Assembly: GCA_965153455.1 (NCBI GenBank) | Contig: OZ234493.1 | Span: 7,058,213-7,122,212 of the forward strand | Reading direction: 5' to 3' | Origin: Sphagnum compactum | Lineage: Eukaryota | Length of the DNA stretch: 64,000 bases | Shown here: positions 36,800 through 49,875 of the stretch, piece by piece | Numbering within the stretch: the stretch's first letter is position 1 | Layout of the letters: every line of letters begins with the position of its first letter | Position numbers and translations under genes: made by a program | Notes under the pieces: model-generated | What the model saw: only the letters and a program-made list of their open reading frames with translations | Databases searched by the model: none | Told to the model about the DNA's origin: nothing

Positions 36800-39170
36800 A
36801 CCAAATCTTATCGTTATCATAGAAATTGATAACTACCAAACATTGGGAAATATTTGCAACCCACAAATGGTGCACTATGTTGCATGTCATTTTATTCAAC
36901 TAGAACACGATGCCAAGATTTTAAACCAAGGGAAACATAAGGGGCTTGTGAACTACAACAAAGATCATAATACATGTGCTTTGAAAAAACATGTATTTCA
37001 TGAGCAAGCAATACAAGAGGTGGAGGTTGGTTTTGTTATAACTGGTGTAAAAATTTGTATGGGACAAATAGAGCAAAGGAAAATTGGCCCAACTTTTCAA
37101 ATCACAAAATTCTTTAATTGGCAACACCATCATAACAAAGTAAGCACAACAAGTATTTTTAGAAGATTTGGTGTTATATGTTGTGAAGGGTTACCGACCA
37201 TTATCTTCTATTGAGAATCCATGGTTGAGGTCCTTGGTTTTGTGATAATGGCAACATGTGCAATTGCCATATTGATGTTAAATGACGATTAAAATGCTCC
37301 CAAATATGGTGGATATTCCGATTTGTGATGCTATTTTAAAGCCTTTTCCTTAAAAGTTGATAGTATGAAAGGACTAGAAAAAACACTTGAATTATAGCAT
37401 AAGATCTGAGGTACTCCACATTAGCAAAAAAAATATGGTTGTTCCCTATCTAACATTGCATAAATGCAAAATGTTAGAACGTAAGCATTTCAATCTTATA
37501 CTTTTACCCACCTTCAAGTTTATAATCGGTGTCGACCATAGGTGAGGGAAGGTTTCATTAGATAATTATTGAGCTCATTTGTGATTACTAAGAAAAAATA
37601 TGTTATCCATTCCCTTGCTTCATGTATTACTTGTAATTGTTTATTTGATATGTGGATGCTGCTAGTTAGGATACCTTTGCCATGGTTGTCAATTTTGTCA
37701 ACAATTCATGGAAGCCCACCCACATGACTATTGGAATTTTTGAAGTGCACAAATCAAAAGATGCAAACATAGCAAACTAGATTTTTTTTTGGCTAGATTC
37801 CTTTGGTTTGCTTGATTACATAAGTTAAAGATGAAGGGTCTAACTTAAATACCTTGATTTTTATAGTTTCTTGTTTTGCCCTCCAATTTAACATGCCCAT
37901 TTGTAGAGTCATGTTTAAGGCATGCCATGTCAAAGGTAGCCCACATATATGCTAATGATGCAAAACTTTGTGCTAGGTTTTTAGAGGTTAGCTTGAATGC
38001 AACTTAATCATTGCAAAAAATTAGATCACTTGGACCAAAAAAGTTGGGAAGGGCATGCATGAATGGAAAGAATCTTGTATAATTGTAAGGTTGCCAACCA
38101 AAGATGTTGAGAATTTCAATGACTTAGACAAAATAGAAAACGCTTGAATATCATAATTTTATGTCCATTTACTATGGACAACATTAAGCTTTACATCTAA
38201 CCTTTAGAGTGCCAATATTTTTGACTTGGGTTATTGATTAAACCATTACAAGTATTTTATTCCTTGTTTTGAAATTTGTGTTTTGAATCAAAGTTAAGAT
38301 TATTGGTTGTTATTAGATGCATTTTTTTTTGCCTTTACATTGTGCATTTTCATGAAGGTTCATACAACAAGGATTCAAAGTTTTAATTAGCCATGAATAT
38401 GTCCAAGGGCTTTAGAATTGCAAAAGTTCAAATTAAAGGTGATGACCCAAGATGTCATCATCATTTTGATTCCATTATTGGCATTTTCTTCAGCTTACAA
38501 TTTTGTCAAGACTCACAATATGTTGACTATCATGCTTAAACCTTGTTTCAAGAACACGAAATTTTTTAAAGACTTTGTGGCAATTGCCATTTGGATTGTT
38601 GTAGTTCATACATACACTAATATTTTGTGTCCCTTTTGTTATAAATGTTCAATCATTTGAACCATGTTAGGGAAATAGTAGAACCAATGATAGTTGAAGA
38701 TGACAATTTTTTTTTGGGTAGATTGTATCAAGTGATGAAGGAATCATGTCCACCTTGAAGAACAAATTGTAATTGTTTTGGTGGTTGTTTGTTCGACCAA
38801 CATAGATTGAAAACCCATTGGTTTGGTGGGCAAAACATGCAAATGCAATTTCCTCATGTCTATTTGTTGGCTTGTCAAGTCCTTTAACATCATAACATTT
38901 TCAATTTGAGATAAAATACATTTCAAATTTTATTGTTGCAAGAGTCATCACTAATCTGAAATAGTCCAAGATGGGGATCGAAAATTTGGATCAACTCATT
39001 TTCATGATCATGAATTGGCCCAATGGCACCCATGTTAGGTGTGATGGACCCTTGAAGCCTATAGACATGTTTCATTTTTGGAAAGAGATTTTGTTATGAT
39101 TGAAGAGGAGAAGAAATTGATAGAAGAACAAGATTTCTTTGAAAAAGATTCAAGCTTTGATTTCATATGA
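36800..39170 (+). mobile_element. decayed hAT transposase; boundaries approximate
   Basis: Relic motifs FDMWM, SCLRHAMSK (CxxH), HNMLTIMLKPCFK (MLDPRFK), PLVWWAK...QFP and KMGIENLDQLI...NWP (C-terminal dimerisation domain). N-terminal BED-like C/H residues at ~36860-37000. Confidence 0.75.
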
Positions 39171-41449
39171 TTTTAGGTTTTGGTTTCTCTTTCGATCCTC
39201 CTTTTTGTTGTTTTTTTGGCATTTTGCTTCTACAAGTATTCTAATTGTGTTCTTTTCTTGGTGTGTTTGTCATGTTGGAGCGATTGAAGACTAAAGATTA
39301 GTGTTGCAATGTAGAGCATTTATTTAGTTCACATTTGTTACAATTTCCTATGATGAAATGGGTAAAACCTATGGATGGTATGGCCTTTAATTAAGGTTCA
39401 ATTACAGTTGCAAGTTTGGGGGTTCCTTTGTAAATTTTGATAGTCTTGTTTTCAAGTCATGTGTCCAATTGAAATCTCTTGCAAGCTATATCAATCATAT
39501 GTTGGAGTTGTTGTCATTCGTAAATGTTGTAGTCATTTGTAGGCTTCAAGAGGTTAATGTGGTTTTGGTTTTGCAAATCATGTGTTGCTGGAGTCAGATG
39601 TTAGGCTTGAGGTTACATTTATGTGCTAATTGCTCATCTTAGAGCCCCAATTGAGGAAGCATTGTCACATATGTTGCAAGTTCGACTGAGTTTCATTGTT
39701 TTCAAATTGTAACTTTGCGTGTACTAGCCTTGTAATTGCAATGACCATTTAAAGAAAACAAATCATAATCTAATCTCTAAACCCTAAACCCTAACCAGAG
39801 GTTCTGGTTTATTTTAAAAATTCCAGAACCTTACCTGGAGGTTCTAGCAATTTCGTTTAATAGAAGCTACCCTATCCCAGATGTTCCCTACAGAGAACCA
39901 GCCAACAGACTGGTCCATACTTGCAAACAGGCATTGTGTTAAACTAAATTCAATAAACCAACTCCAATGACAACCTACTGATATATTATATACAGGCTCA
40001 CAGATGACTCTGGATTGTCAACCGAATGAAGGAATACCGCCAGATTCCTCAGGGAATGTGCACCTATCACAAAAGAATCTGCAATGATCTTTTTCCTTTA
40101 CCTTCACCCATGCCCAACAGTGGCCACCAAAGCAGGCTGGCACTACTTTGTTCAATGCTGTACCAAATCAATACTTCATCTTCCAGCTTAGAAATGAGAC
40201 AAAAAAGCACTTGGATTCAGGTTGAAGTGCACTAGTACCTCATCTTCCAGATTAAAGCTGAGTAAACATAGCAATTGCATTCAAGTCAACTTAGTGTACC
40301 AAAATAGCCTATTTGACAGACGTCCTGGCTGGATTTGCATCAACAGTTCTCCAAATTCACCAGTTCAAACTGTGCAAGGTTCGCATTCCATCCTGCTCCA
40401 AGAAAGCAAAATGACAATTGCCTCTCTCTAATACATCCTGAAGAGAAGCAGTAATATTAAGTTGAACCAGAGCATAACATTGATCAAACAATCATCAGTA
40501 GTGCAATACAGGCACAAAACAACAGGCTCGTAAATTTAAACATCTGAGCAAGGTTTGTGGTATGACTTCAGTATCAATGTTTCAAGAGACCGAGCTATTA
40601 TGTGTCTAAGATTAAGATCCAGTATCATAATTGCAGAACCAAGTGAAAGTAACCAAAATACAACTGCATCTTCTACAGCGTGTCAACCAAAAAGTGGATG
40701 GTCAACACAAATCCTACCATATCTGTCCATGGCTGAGTGATTGAGAACCAGAACCATGCCTTTATAAGCTGCAACATTCATGTCGGATAGAGGACTTACA
40801 TGTCACTGAAGAAAATGGTACATCTTGTAACTGATCAATCATTGGTTCCCAGCACTAAATCTGAGTAGCATTCCAAGCTCCAAATTACAACCTTGGAAGA
40901 ATGTCATCAGAACTGCCCTCTAGGATTTAACTGAGTCGAAAACTGATGGGCATGTGCTTCTATGTTCAATTCATACTGTCAGCATGGTTTCACATTACTG
41001 TATCCTTTTTTGGAGTTAGGTCCTTTCTAATGCAGGTGTTCAAGAAACAAGCAGCCCTAAATTTAAGAACCAGGACAAAGGCGATTGCCCAGAGCTGCCC
41101 TTGAGAACTCAGAAACTTGTAGCTGGTTCCTTAAGGTGCAACTGCAGTAACTGAATCACTCTTGCTTAGCAAAAACCAAGAACCCAGGAGCTCCTCACTG
41201 GTTTCACACCTTTTGGATGATCCAAGTGACTCCATTTTATAAGCAACTTGACTGCTATGGATAACTTCTTCTCTGCATCTGGTGGACTGTGAACTCTACA
41301 GAGGTCCCAGGATTGTGAATCTCCTTAGTGAACCTTCAAAAGGCAACTGCAACGCTACACATTACATCCTCAAAAGGCTTACAAAGAGCTGGCAGGGGAG
41401 GGGCCCACATGTGGAAACTTGTACAGGTTCTAGGGCTACAGGAGTATCT

Positions 41450-42682
41450 CTACAAGAAAGGGATGAAGCTTTTTTTCGCATCAGAAAGTAAAGGCTTTCC
41501 TGGCAATGCAGGGGACTCTGGACTGGGGAACGATACCGTATTCTGATCTGCAAAGTTACCCACAGGATCCACAGGATTGTAGGTGTTCACTGCAGTGACA
41601 AACCCAATATCAGTTTGGTTCATTTGACCATGCCGATGCACCAACATGTCCTCATCGTCATCGCTACCTATTGCAGAAAGAGAGATGGACAAAGACCTCC
41701 CACCACCCATAGCCTCCATGTCCCGTCCTAAATTTTGAGAGCTTGCAAAGACTCCACACACAGCCAGTGCATCAGCTATGGGGCGAATGATGAGAATCCC
41801 CTCCCCCACAGTGGTGGAGAGCATCACAGTGAGGAAACCGAGAAAAACCAGTAACTCAAACACCAAGTGTGTTGGCTTTGAGAACAAGGACATGCCAAGA
41901 AACAGCAAATGCACTGGCAGAAAAAACAACAAGGCAGCAAGGAGCCCATAGACACGCCGTTGCAGGCATCGATTGATCACAACTCCCACCATCCGCCATC
42001 CCAGCAAAAGAAAGTACGCGCTGTAGATTACACCGAATGCTGCAAGTACTAGAATGCTCAAGAGGGGGTATTGACAAACGGCGACAGTCCGGTTGTCCAT
42101 CATAACTGAAACAAAAGCCATGGTGAAGTAGCTCGGCAGCCGACCATTGTAACCTTCCTTCTGTGCACTATAACCCCCTTTGAACTCGAAACTAGGGCTA
42201 ATGACAACAAAGAAAAGCTGTAGGAGAAACACAGGCAGGCAGCAGCTGAGAATGAGAGCCACCACCTTGCCATTCCAAGCTTTCCTGGGAGTGAAAGGAG
42301 CCTTGCGAAGGGAGCCGCGCACTAGAAAGAGAGCGGTCAGGAAGAAGCAAGGCTCCAAGAAGCCGAGAGAAGAAAGGATGTAGAGACGACACATATTGGC
42401 CTGCCACCGGAAACTGAAGGAGTGCATCAGCCAGTGCTGGCGACGCAGCAATGGCAGCCGCAGAAGCTCCCCCATGCTCCACAGCACGGCCAGCACGATG
42501 AGGATGATACGGACTATCCATAGCGCATTGAAATCTTGCAGGGCAGGAATGCCCTCCTTATGTATGCGCGCCCGGAAGTGGAGCACATACCACACACACC
42601 CTAACCCTACCAACACCAGCAAGATGACCAGCACCAGTGTGGCTATGCCCAGCACATCCACGGCTGAAGCAGTCAGGGGCAT
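41450..42682 (-). CDS. intronless multi-pass (predicted ~7TM) membrane protein, 410 aa, homolog of Arabidopsis At1g57680 (candidate GPCR Cand1)
   Basis: Long intact ORF with about seven hydrophobic segments. MPLT start, WIVRI, GELLRL, WQANMC, LGFLEPCFFLT, CQYPLLS and VIN..LQRRVY match my recollection of At1g57680. Confidence 0.92.
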   Translation of the reverse strand: MPLTASAVDVLGIATLVLVILLVLVGLGCVWYVLHFRARIHKEGIPALQDFNALWIVRIILIVLAVLWSMGELLRLPLLRRQHWLMHSFSFRWQANMCRLYILSSLGFLEPCFFLTALFLVRGSLRKAPFTPRKAWNGKVVALILSCCLPVFLLQLFFVVISPSFEFKGGYSAQKEGYNGRLPSYFTMAFVSVMMDNRTVAVCQYPLLSILVLAAFGVIYSAYFLLLGWRMVGVVINRCLQRRVYGLLAALLFFLPVHLLFLGMSLFSKPTHLVFELLVFLGFLTVMLSTTVGEGILIIRPIADALAVCGVFASSQNLGRDMEAMGGGRSLSISLSAIGSDDDEDMLVHRHGQMNQTDIGFVTAVNTYNPVDPVGNFADQNTVSFPSPESPALPGKPLLSDAKKSFIPFL

Positions 42683-43469
42683 TACCCACCCTCCTCTCTT
42701 CTCTACACATCAACGCTCCCTTCTCGCATCAATCTTCTGTTTTTTCACCGCCTCATCTCCCTGCCCCTCTCCCTCCGCATCTCGCCAAAACTTCGATTTC
42801 AGACTTCCCGTTCATTCTAGCTCTTTATTCTACGGCTCCTGTCTCCGGGGTAATCCTCTAAGTGCCATCTTCTTCTTCTACACTCAACGAACAACAAACA
42901 ACATCACCAAACCTCTCCACCTACTCTCACCCACCCAAACCCAAACCGATTGTAAACCCTTGACCTCGGAATCTGACCAAGCTCCTCTTTCACAGCCGTT
43001 TGTTTGTTGTTTCTTTTTTCCAACTCCGTTCTTCTTCCTCAATCTCCGGTTTCCAGGTTCTACCTCCCACATAGGTCAATAACTGCTCCAGGACCCTTTT
43101 CCACTTCCGAGTACCCTTGAAGAAACGAACGCCGCTTGCAGAAATGGGGGAAAATGGCAACAACAAAAATACCGACATGAGAAGAAGAATCTGGTACAAG
43201 ATTTTATTATTGACACCACATTCCTCTAGTCTTGCGCCACCAAAGCTCTCAAGTCCGCAAGGCGATGACTGTAGCTACTTACACTGGCTCTCTGCTTGCT
43301 GCCTGCTGCTTCGTGGGCTTGACTTTCTCTTAGCCTGGCGCTTGTGCATCGTTGGCTGGCAGCTCGCTGGCTTCCCAGGCCACGACAAAGCGTGCGAGAT
43401 TAGGTCTCCGCGACGACGAGACCCAACAGGGACGACTTTTGTTTCTGCACTTGCGTGTGGAGTGCAGAC

Positions 43470-43756
43470 CAGTGTTTTTTTTTTTTTTTTTCCGGAATTT
43501 TTGTTTGTAGCCAAAGTGGCGATCCATCCATAGTTATTAGGACTAACTATGTAGAACAAATGGCGATCATCCCTAACAAGATTTAGCCAAATATGGCTAT
43601 AAATCAGAAACTCCGAATCCCCACCCCCCCCGCCCTCGCCTGTTTTTTTTTTCTCACTTCTGGCGACTGAGAACCTCAAAAATCACTTTTTTCGATTTTC
43701 TATTTTTTAATTTCGCATACTGGCGATATTTCGCCAGTATAAAAAAAAAAAGGCTG
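43470..43756. mobile_element. hAT-type MITE with 8-bp TSD GTGCAGAC
   Basis: Starts cagtg-(T)n and ends (A)n-ggctg. Identical gtgcagac at 43462-43469 and 43757-43764. Internal repeated tggcga motifs, as in the 20.1 kb element. Confidence 0.9.
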
Positions 43757-43779
43757 GTGCAGACTGTGTTGCATGTGAA

Positions 43780-44177
43780 AGGGTGTCGTGCGGGTATTTT
43801 CTTCTGTTAATAACCGGTAGCTCCGGCTTTAAACTGAAGCTGGATCAGAGAACCATCGGTTCCAGTTTTTTTTTAAAAAATTATAAAACAGAACCATAAA
43901 TAAATCCGCTTGACCCGGTTACTTAAAAAATAAAAGGACCGGAGGTTCCCGTGAAATCTCCGTTTTGGTGAAACCTGCAGAAAAAAGAACCGGCGGTTCT
44001 CTATTTGTTGATTTAATTTTAATTTTATTCAATTTGTTTGAGGCCGTGGTTGTGTATCATCAGGGTTGGTTCTTTTTTTTTTTTTTATAAAAAAAAACCT
44101 GAAAATTTATTAACCTTAAGATCCACCATGGTAATGGTGGGTGGTTGGATCATGTTTCTGATAACCGCCCAACAGTG
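43780..44177. mobile_element. probable MITE rich in AACC/GGTT motifs
   Basis: Repeated aaccgg/ggttc motifs. The end ataaccgcccaacagtg loosely mirrors the start gtgtcgtgcgggtatt. No clear TSD. Confidence 0.45.
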
Positions 44178-44599
44178 GTAAAAACATCTTACCCGGATAG
44201 GTGTACCGAGGGGTATAACAGTATGATATACATGTACATACATGTACACATACATACATACATTAACTATGGTTAAATACTTGTAACTTTATTCTGTTTT
44301 GGTTAACCTATTCTGTTTTGGTAAACGTTCCAGATTTTTACTTTTTTGGGTGAACGAGCAACCCACACTGATACCATGGTAAAAACTGAGTTAGTTGCTT
44401 CTAAACATGATAAATGTTTGACCCTTAGATTAGGGTGATAATTGTTCGCAAGGAAAATAAAATAAAATAAAAGAAAATAAATTTATAACTCATGGTATTC
44501 ATTCTCACATTTTTGTGATGCTTAAAGTACTTAAGTCTACATTTAGTTTCTTGTAATGTTTTGTCAAAAGGGGAATTCGGGTTTTATAATCATATTTTA

Positions 44600-46500
44600 T
44601 CATTTCAACCATGGTTTTCTATCTCCTCACATAAATGTTGGAAGTAGATAATTGATACTTGAATATGGGGTCCAACATCAAAGCTAACATCATGTGAACT
44701 TTCTTAAAATCAAATTCATGCACATAAACAAGAAATGGGGCAAACAATTGTGTGACTTCCTAATGCGTCTTAGTTTGCAACATAAAAAAGGTTAACATCA
44801 ACAAAAAGGGTTTAAGCTTTTATGGTTAGATTCTCTTGGTTGAGTTTTACATTGAGATCATTTACATTTGCAAATGCATCACTAAAGAGTTAATAGCCAT
44901 GTTATTGATTGAACACACAACTTGATACAACTAAAGACAACATGGATGAAACGATTTCTATAATAGTCCAACATCATGCAATTGGAATTTGATGTTATAA
45001 ACTTAAATTTTGCTTCCTGTGACAAATGTGATATCACTATGCCAAAACATGGCATCTAGGACTAGAACCAAATAGGTTATGAAGAACCACACTTGCCTCC
45101 TTAGCACTTTGTTTATTTATTCTTCGTTTGAATTTTTTTTGGAATTTTTTATAAAAAAATCATCATGCTATTATGTTAAGGTTGTGCTAAAATTTTGCCA
45201 AAAAAATTGTCATTTTCAAATTTGTTCAAAGAAGTTGTAATAATGTTTTTTCATTTAAAAACATAGGCTACAACTACTTTCATAGTGTTATAGGTTTTTA
45301 TAATTCATTAGATCGATTTCAAATTTTCAAGATATGTATACCAATATATTAAAAAACATAATGTATAAAAAATTCCATTTATAGTTCTTTTTTTCTAAAC
45401 TTTTAAATACCCAAAATTAAATAATGATTACAATGTTTTAGTACATGTTAACATGATTGCATTTGACCCATTGCGAAGGTAAATTTTGTAATCATACAAA
45501 TTGATTTTTTTGCAATGGGTCTTTTTTTACTAGTTTATAGTCATGGATGCCATGTTTTGGCATAATTATGGATAGTAATGTTAAATTCTAGGGCTTGTTA
45601 AAACATTACCATTTTTGAAGTAAATTTTGTTTTGACAAGTGCACTTAACTTCCATGGTCATGTACTTGCATCCACACAAGTTTTTTGTCCAATATTGCTT
45701 ACCTTTGCAATATTTTTTTTTGTCATGTTATCATGGGAGCAAATGTATCATGGGCACCTTGTTCATCCAAAGGTCAAATGTAGTTATGATACAAGTTGCA
45801 ATGTTCAGATAAGGCAATACAAATTGTACAAGCACATGCTTCATCATAAAAGGTAATACTAATTTTTTTATCAAAGCTTTTCATGATGGAAACACCATTC
45901 ATTGGTATCTTTGTAGGTTAAATTGCTTTCGATGTTAGTGCTTAGTGGAAGCAACCCCATGACAAGAAGCAACACAAGATCAATGAAAGTTTTTGTGCCT
46001 CGATTTCCACTTTTTTGTAAGGTGTAGTACAACCCAAAAATTGTGAAATGGAATTTAGATTCAATTTAAAAAATCTTTTGGGAGGTTTTATTTGGGGATT
46101 AATTGAACATTGCACTATGTCATAGTGCAACCTCATTGAAATACATACAAGCAATGTCAATATGTTCAGATTCAACATTTTTTTCATTGCAAAAATTCCA
46201 TTCTCTATTTTTGCAATAAATCCCTTACTACCCCTTGTTTTTGTTCCCAAAACATTAACATTCAAAGAAGTAGCATGGCATAAGATACAACAAAAAAATT
46301 GTTGACTTTCAAGTGTGATAGGTTTAATAACATTTGGTTTTTAAGAGGCCCAAAATGTGATCTACAAGAACATTTATTATTGCAATGTGTTGAATTCAAC
46401 TATTGGCACTTCATATTCACAATCTTTTGGTGCAACTATAGTTTTGGATTTGCCATTGGAAAAGGAAACAACAAAAGTAAGATTAATTGGGGAAAATAGA
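44600..46500 (-). mobile_element. decayed hAT transposase interrupted by a MITE; boundaries approximate
   Basis: Minus-strand relics HMMLALMLDPIFK (~44660-44700), LVKTKFTSKMVMF.QALEF (~45590-45645) and MGLLPLSTNIES (~45930-45960). Same type as the 36.8-39.2 kb element. Confidence 0.65.
45038..45564. mobile_element. MITE with perfect 19-bp inverted repeats, nested in the hAT relic
   Basis: tatgccaaaacatggcatc (45038-45056) and gatgccatgttttggcata (45546-45564). Confidence 0.8.
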
Positions 46501-49500
46501 TCACCTTCTTCATATTGCACTAGGCTTGTATGAACATTAAGCTTTTCAATGATTGAACATGTGGTTGACGTGTTGACGTGAATTTTTCATTTCAAGTCTC
46601 AAATTGCATTAGATGATGAACATTAAGTTTTTTGATGATTGAACATGTGATCAACATGATGACTTGAATTTTCACATCTCAAACTTGAGAGACAAATCAC
46701 ACAACTTTTAACAAATCACAAAACAAACTCTCACCTTAAACTTTGTAACAACCTTTTTGATTTGCATAATCATAATTTTGGAAGACAAATGACATATGAA
46801 AAAAACAACAATGGAAATGATAAACATCTTACATTTAATGTTGAAAGATAATATTGTGCAATGACAACAACTTCAATGCAAATTGAAAGTGAAAACATTG
46901 AATTGAATGAATGTAATTGAATATTGCTTATTAAGATAACCTTGAGGGCTTGAATGTAATTGAGATTGATTAGAAACATTAGAATAAGTAAGTTGTTCAA
47001 CAACAACAATCATTTGGATGTAGTTGGTCATTAAAAAAAGTGATGACAATTAACACATGTGAGACCACTATGGCTTATCCTATAATGAAATACTTAAGGT
47101 TAGAAGTTAGAAACCCTAAAACCTAAAACCTTAAACCTTACCTACCTATGTTTATAACTAGATTTGTCCCAAATTACCCATAAGGTTCGCATGTGGAAAA
47201 AGGTTATGCATAGGTTCTAAGATACAAAATATGTATTCTTATGGTATGCATAACATTTGAATATATTGATTTGGAGAAAATAGGTTTCGTTTTTGGTATA
47301 ATTTATACATATTTATTGAGTAAAAAATATTTGTATAACACTTGTCATGACATTGAGCATTTTTACTCTTTGCATTTGACATTATAACCCTACAAGTTAA
47401 CTAATAATAATGATAGTCTTGGGTAGAGGAAGATTTAAAGGAGGGCATAATCTTCAAAGATGGGGGTGGGGAACATAAATATGTCTTTAAGCACGACTAT
47501 TAACTAAGGTCATGACAATTGGATAGTCATTACTTGTTAAGTAAAATAGGAACCTATTGATTTTGTTTTTTTTGTTTTCAACCAAAGATCTATTTGTTTA
47601 GCAATTTGGGTTTGTCTTCCCCAAACCTACAAGAATTCTAGCAAGTTTGTTGAAGATGAGTATGGAGTTGTAAAGTCATATTTTCATTTCATTTTTGTTT
47701 CAATCCATTTTTAATTAGGTTTGGATTATTTTTTGTTTACTAATTGGATTCTTCATAACTCTGGGATGTTTCATTAAATCTTTTAACTTATTTCATTTTA
47801 GCCAACAACATTTCACCAAGGTTAATTGAAATTAACCAGAAGAATTACACTAGCCTTTCCCTAAGTTCTAAGATCAATCAAACAAACATTCTAATCCTAC
47901 ATCACACTACATTCCCACAACCTCCTTCCCCTTTTAAAAAATCTCTTTCCAAGTTTAAATAACCCATTCTTCCAATTTCAAAATCAAGTTGTCTTCCTCT
48001 TTAAAGTCTTTTCTTCTACCTCCCCTAGATCCTCAATCATTTTCCTTCTATTCCTGGCTGTCTATACACATGCCCCCAAAAACTCCTTTGATGCCTTTGT
48101 ATATTTTCACCTTCCTTGCTTGTTTTTCCTTTATCACTCTCGTACTTCCTCCATAGTCGCCAAACTACCTCCACTTTGTTTTCCAAACAACAAGAGATAA
48201 CCTTCCCAACTCCCTCACCTTCTCATGATTTTTTAAACTTCCTTCTTACTATCTACTTCAATTTGTAAAAACACCAAAAAAGAACAAAAGAGCTCCAATA
48301 CTTAATCTAATTATCAAAACAAGGTTTAGGGAGTTAGAAAAATTGTCCTAACTTTAGTTAAGTGTGCCTTAATATGACTACACACCCTATCAACATTCTA
48401 CCCCATCCCTAACGAATCCATTGTACACAAAATTGTTATCTACACTTGGCCCTTATAAACCTAAACAATGGTCAATTACTTATTGTCCAAAATTATCAAA
48501 AAAAACCTTTTAAGGTCCAAAATTGTAGGAGTAACCATTATTATGAAATTTGGCTACCTTGTAGCCCTTTATCCTCCTAAAGAGTACATATCCTCTCTCC
48601 TACTCACTATGTGGTACCCTAGTATAACATTACTCTAAGCCAATTCATTAGATTGGAATTACTAGCATAGCAACCCAATGGGTGGATGCAAAGAAATAAA
48701 CATCACCAAGTTCCACAATATTACACCAACAAATCTTGGATTGAATTGTTTTTTGGGCTTCTTTTATGAAATCGTGTTCATTGGCCCCCATGACACTATG
48801 TCTTGTGATGACATCCCTATTGCCAAGGCGCCATCTTTGTTTTTCTAATCGACTTGTGGTTGATTCATCAATGGTCATCAAATGTCCAATCATGTGCCCT
48901 AGAACCATTGCGAGCTAATGAGGATCTTGATTTTCATTTGGGGGAAGTAAGACACAAAGGTGTATTCTCCAATTATTCATTTTGGCTAAACTACATCAAT
49001 TAACAATTCAATATCCATAATCATAGTGCATGCTTCCACAAAGCTAACAAGAGGGGGATCTAGTAAACTATCCCTTAGGTCATATGTAAATGGTCATTTG
49101 TTGAGCTCAAAGATTACAGTTTGTTTTAAAATGCAACATCCATACACGTATTGCATGTCTCCACAAAGACAACAACAGTTCGGTCTAGTGAACCACCCTT
49201 TAGGTCATATGGAAACAGTCGGATGTTGAGGGCAAAGATTACTTTTTGTTTTAAACCATTTGTTGCTTGCTCTCACCATAACAATCCATAGAGTGTGAAC
49301 AATTGCCATATTTAAAGTTGTAGTCACTCTATGCGAGGATGAGAGAACACCAAACTCATCTACAAATATGGCATCAAAATGATTGCCAACAATCAAGGAG
49401 GAGCAACCATTATAGTTATCACATTCAAAGTTGGATGCTGAAATTATCCAACCTTCTAACAAGATTCACCAGTGATCATACATCAATGGCATTAGGAATG

Positions 49501-49875
49501 GTTTTGGCATGCAACAAAGATGGTGTTAATTAACACAGAACTAATTATTGGTTGCAAGTATTTTGACCTTAACAAGTGCTCTTAAATTTTGGTGCCCATC
49601 TAGTGATGTGGGGCCAAATACATTGAACGGTCTTGCCGTGAATAGCCAGTCAGCATTCAGGTCAAGGCATTGTGGGCAGTGACAAAATGATCAGTGAAGT
49701 CTGTGCCACAAAAACATCGCACAAAGTAACCTTGTAACCACAAAAACCATGTAAAGACTAGTGGAGGTCAGCTTGCTGCTTGCCAGATCTCTCACACAGC
49801 TTATGTCCAAAGTGATGCAGCAATCTAGGGTACCCAACTCAGATTAAAATTGATCTGCAACATAATTGGGGGGTC

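Noticed and set aside
42396..43082. 228-aa plus-strand ORF
   Set aside because: Antisense shadow of the GC-rich GPCR-like CDS and leader; low complexity, no recognisable domain.
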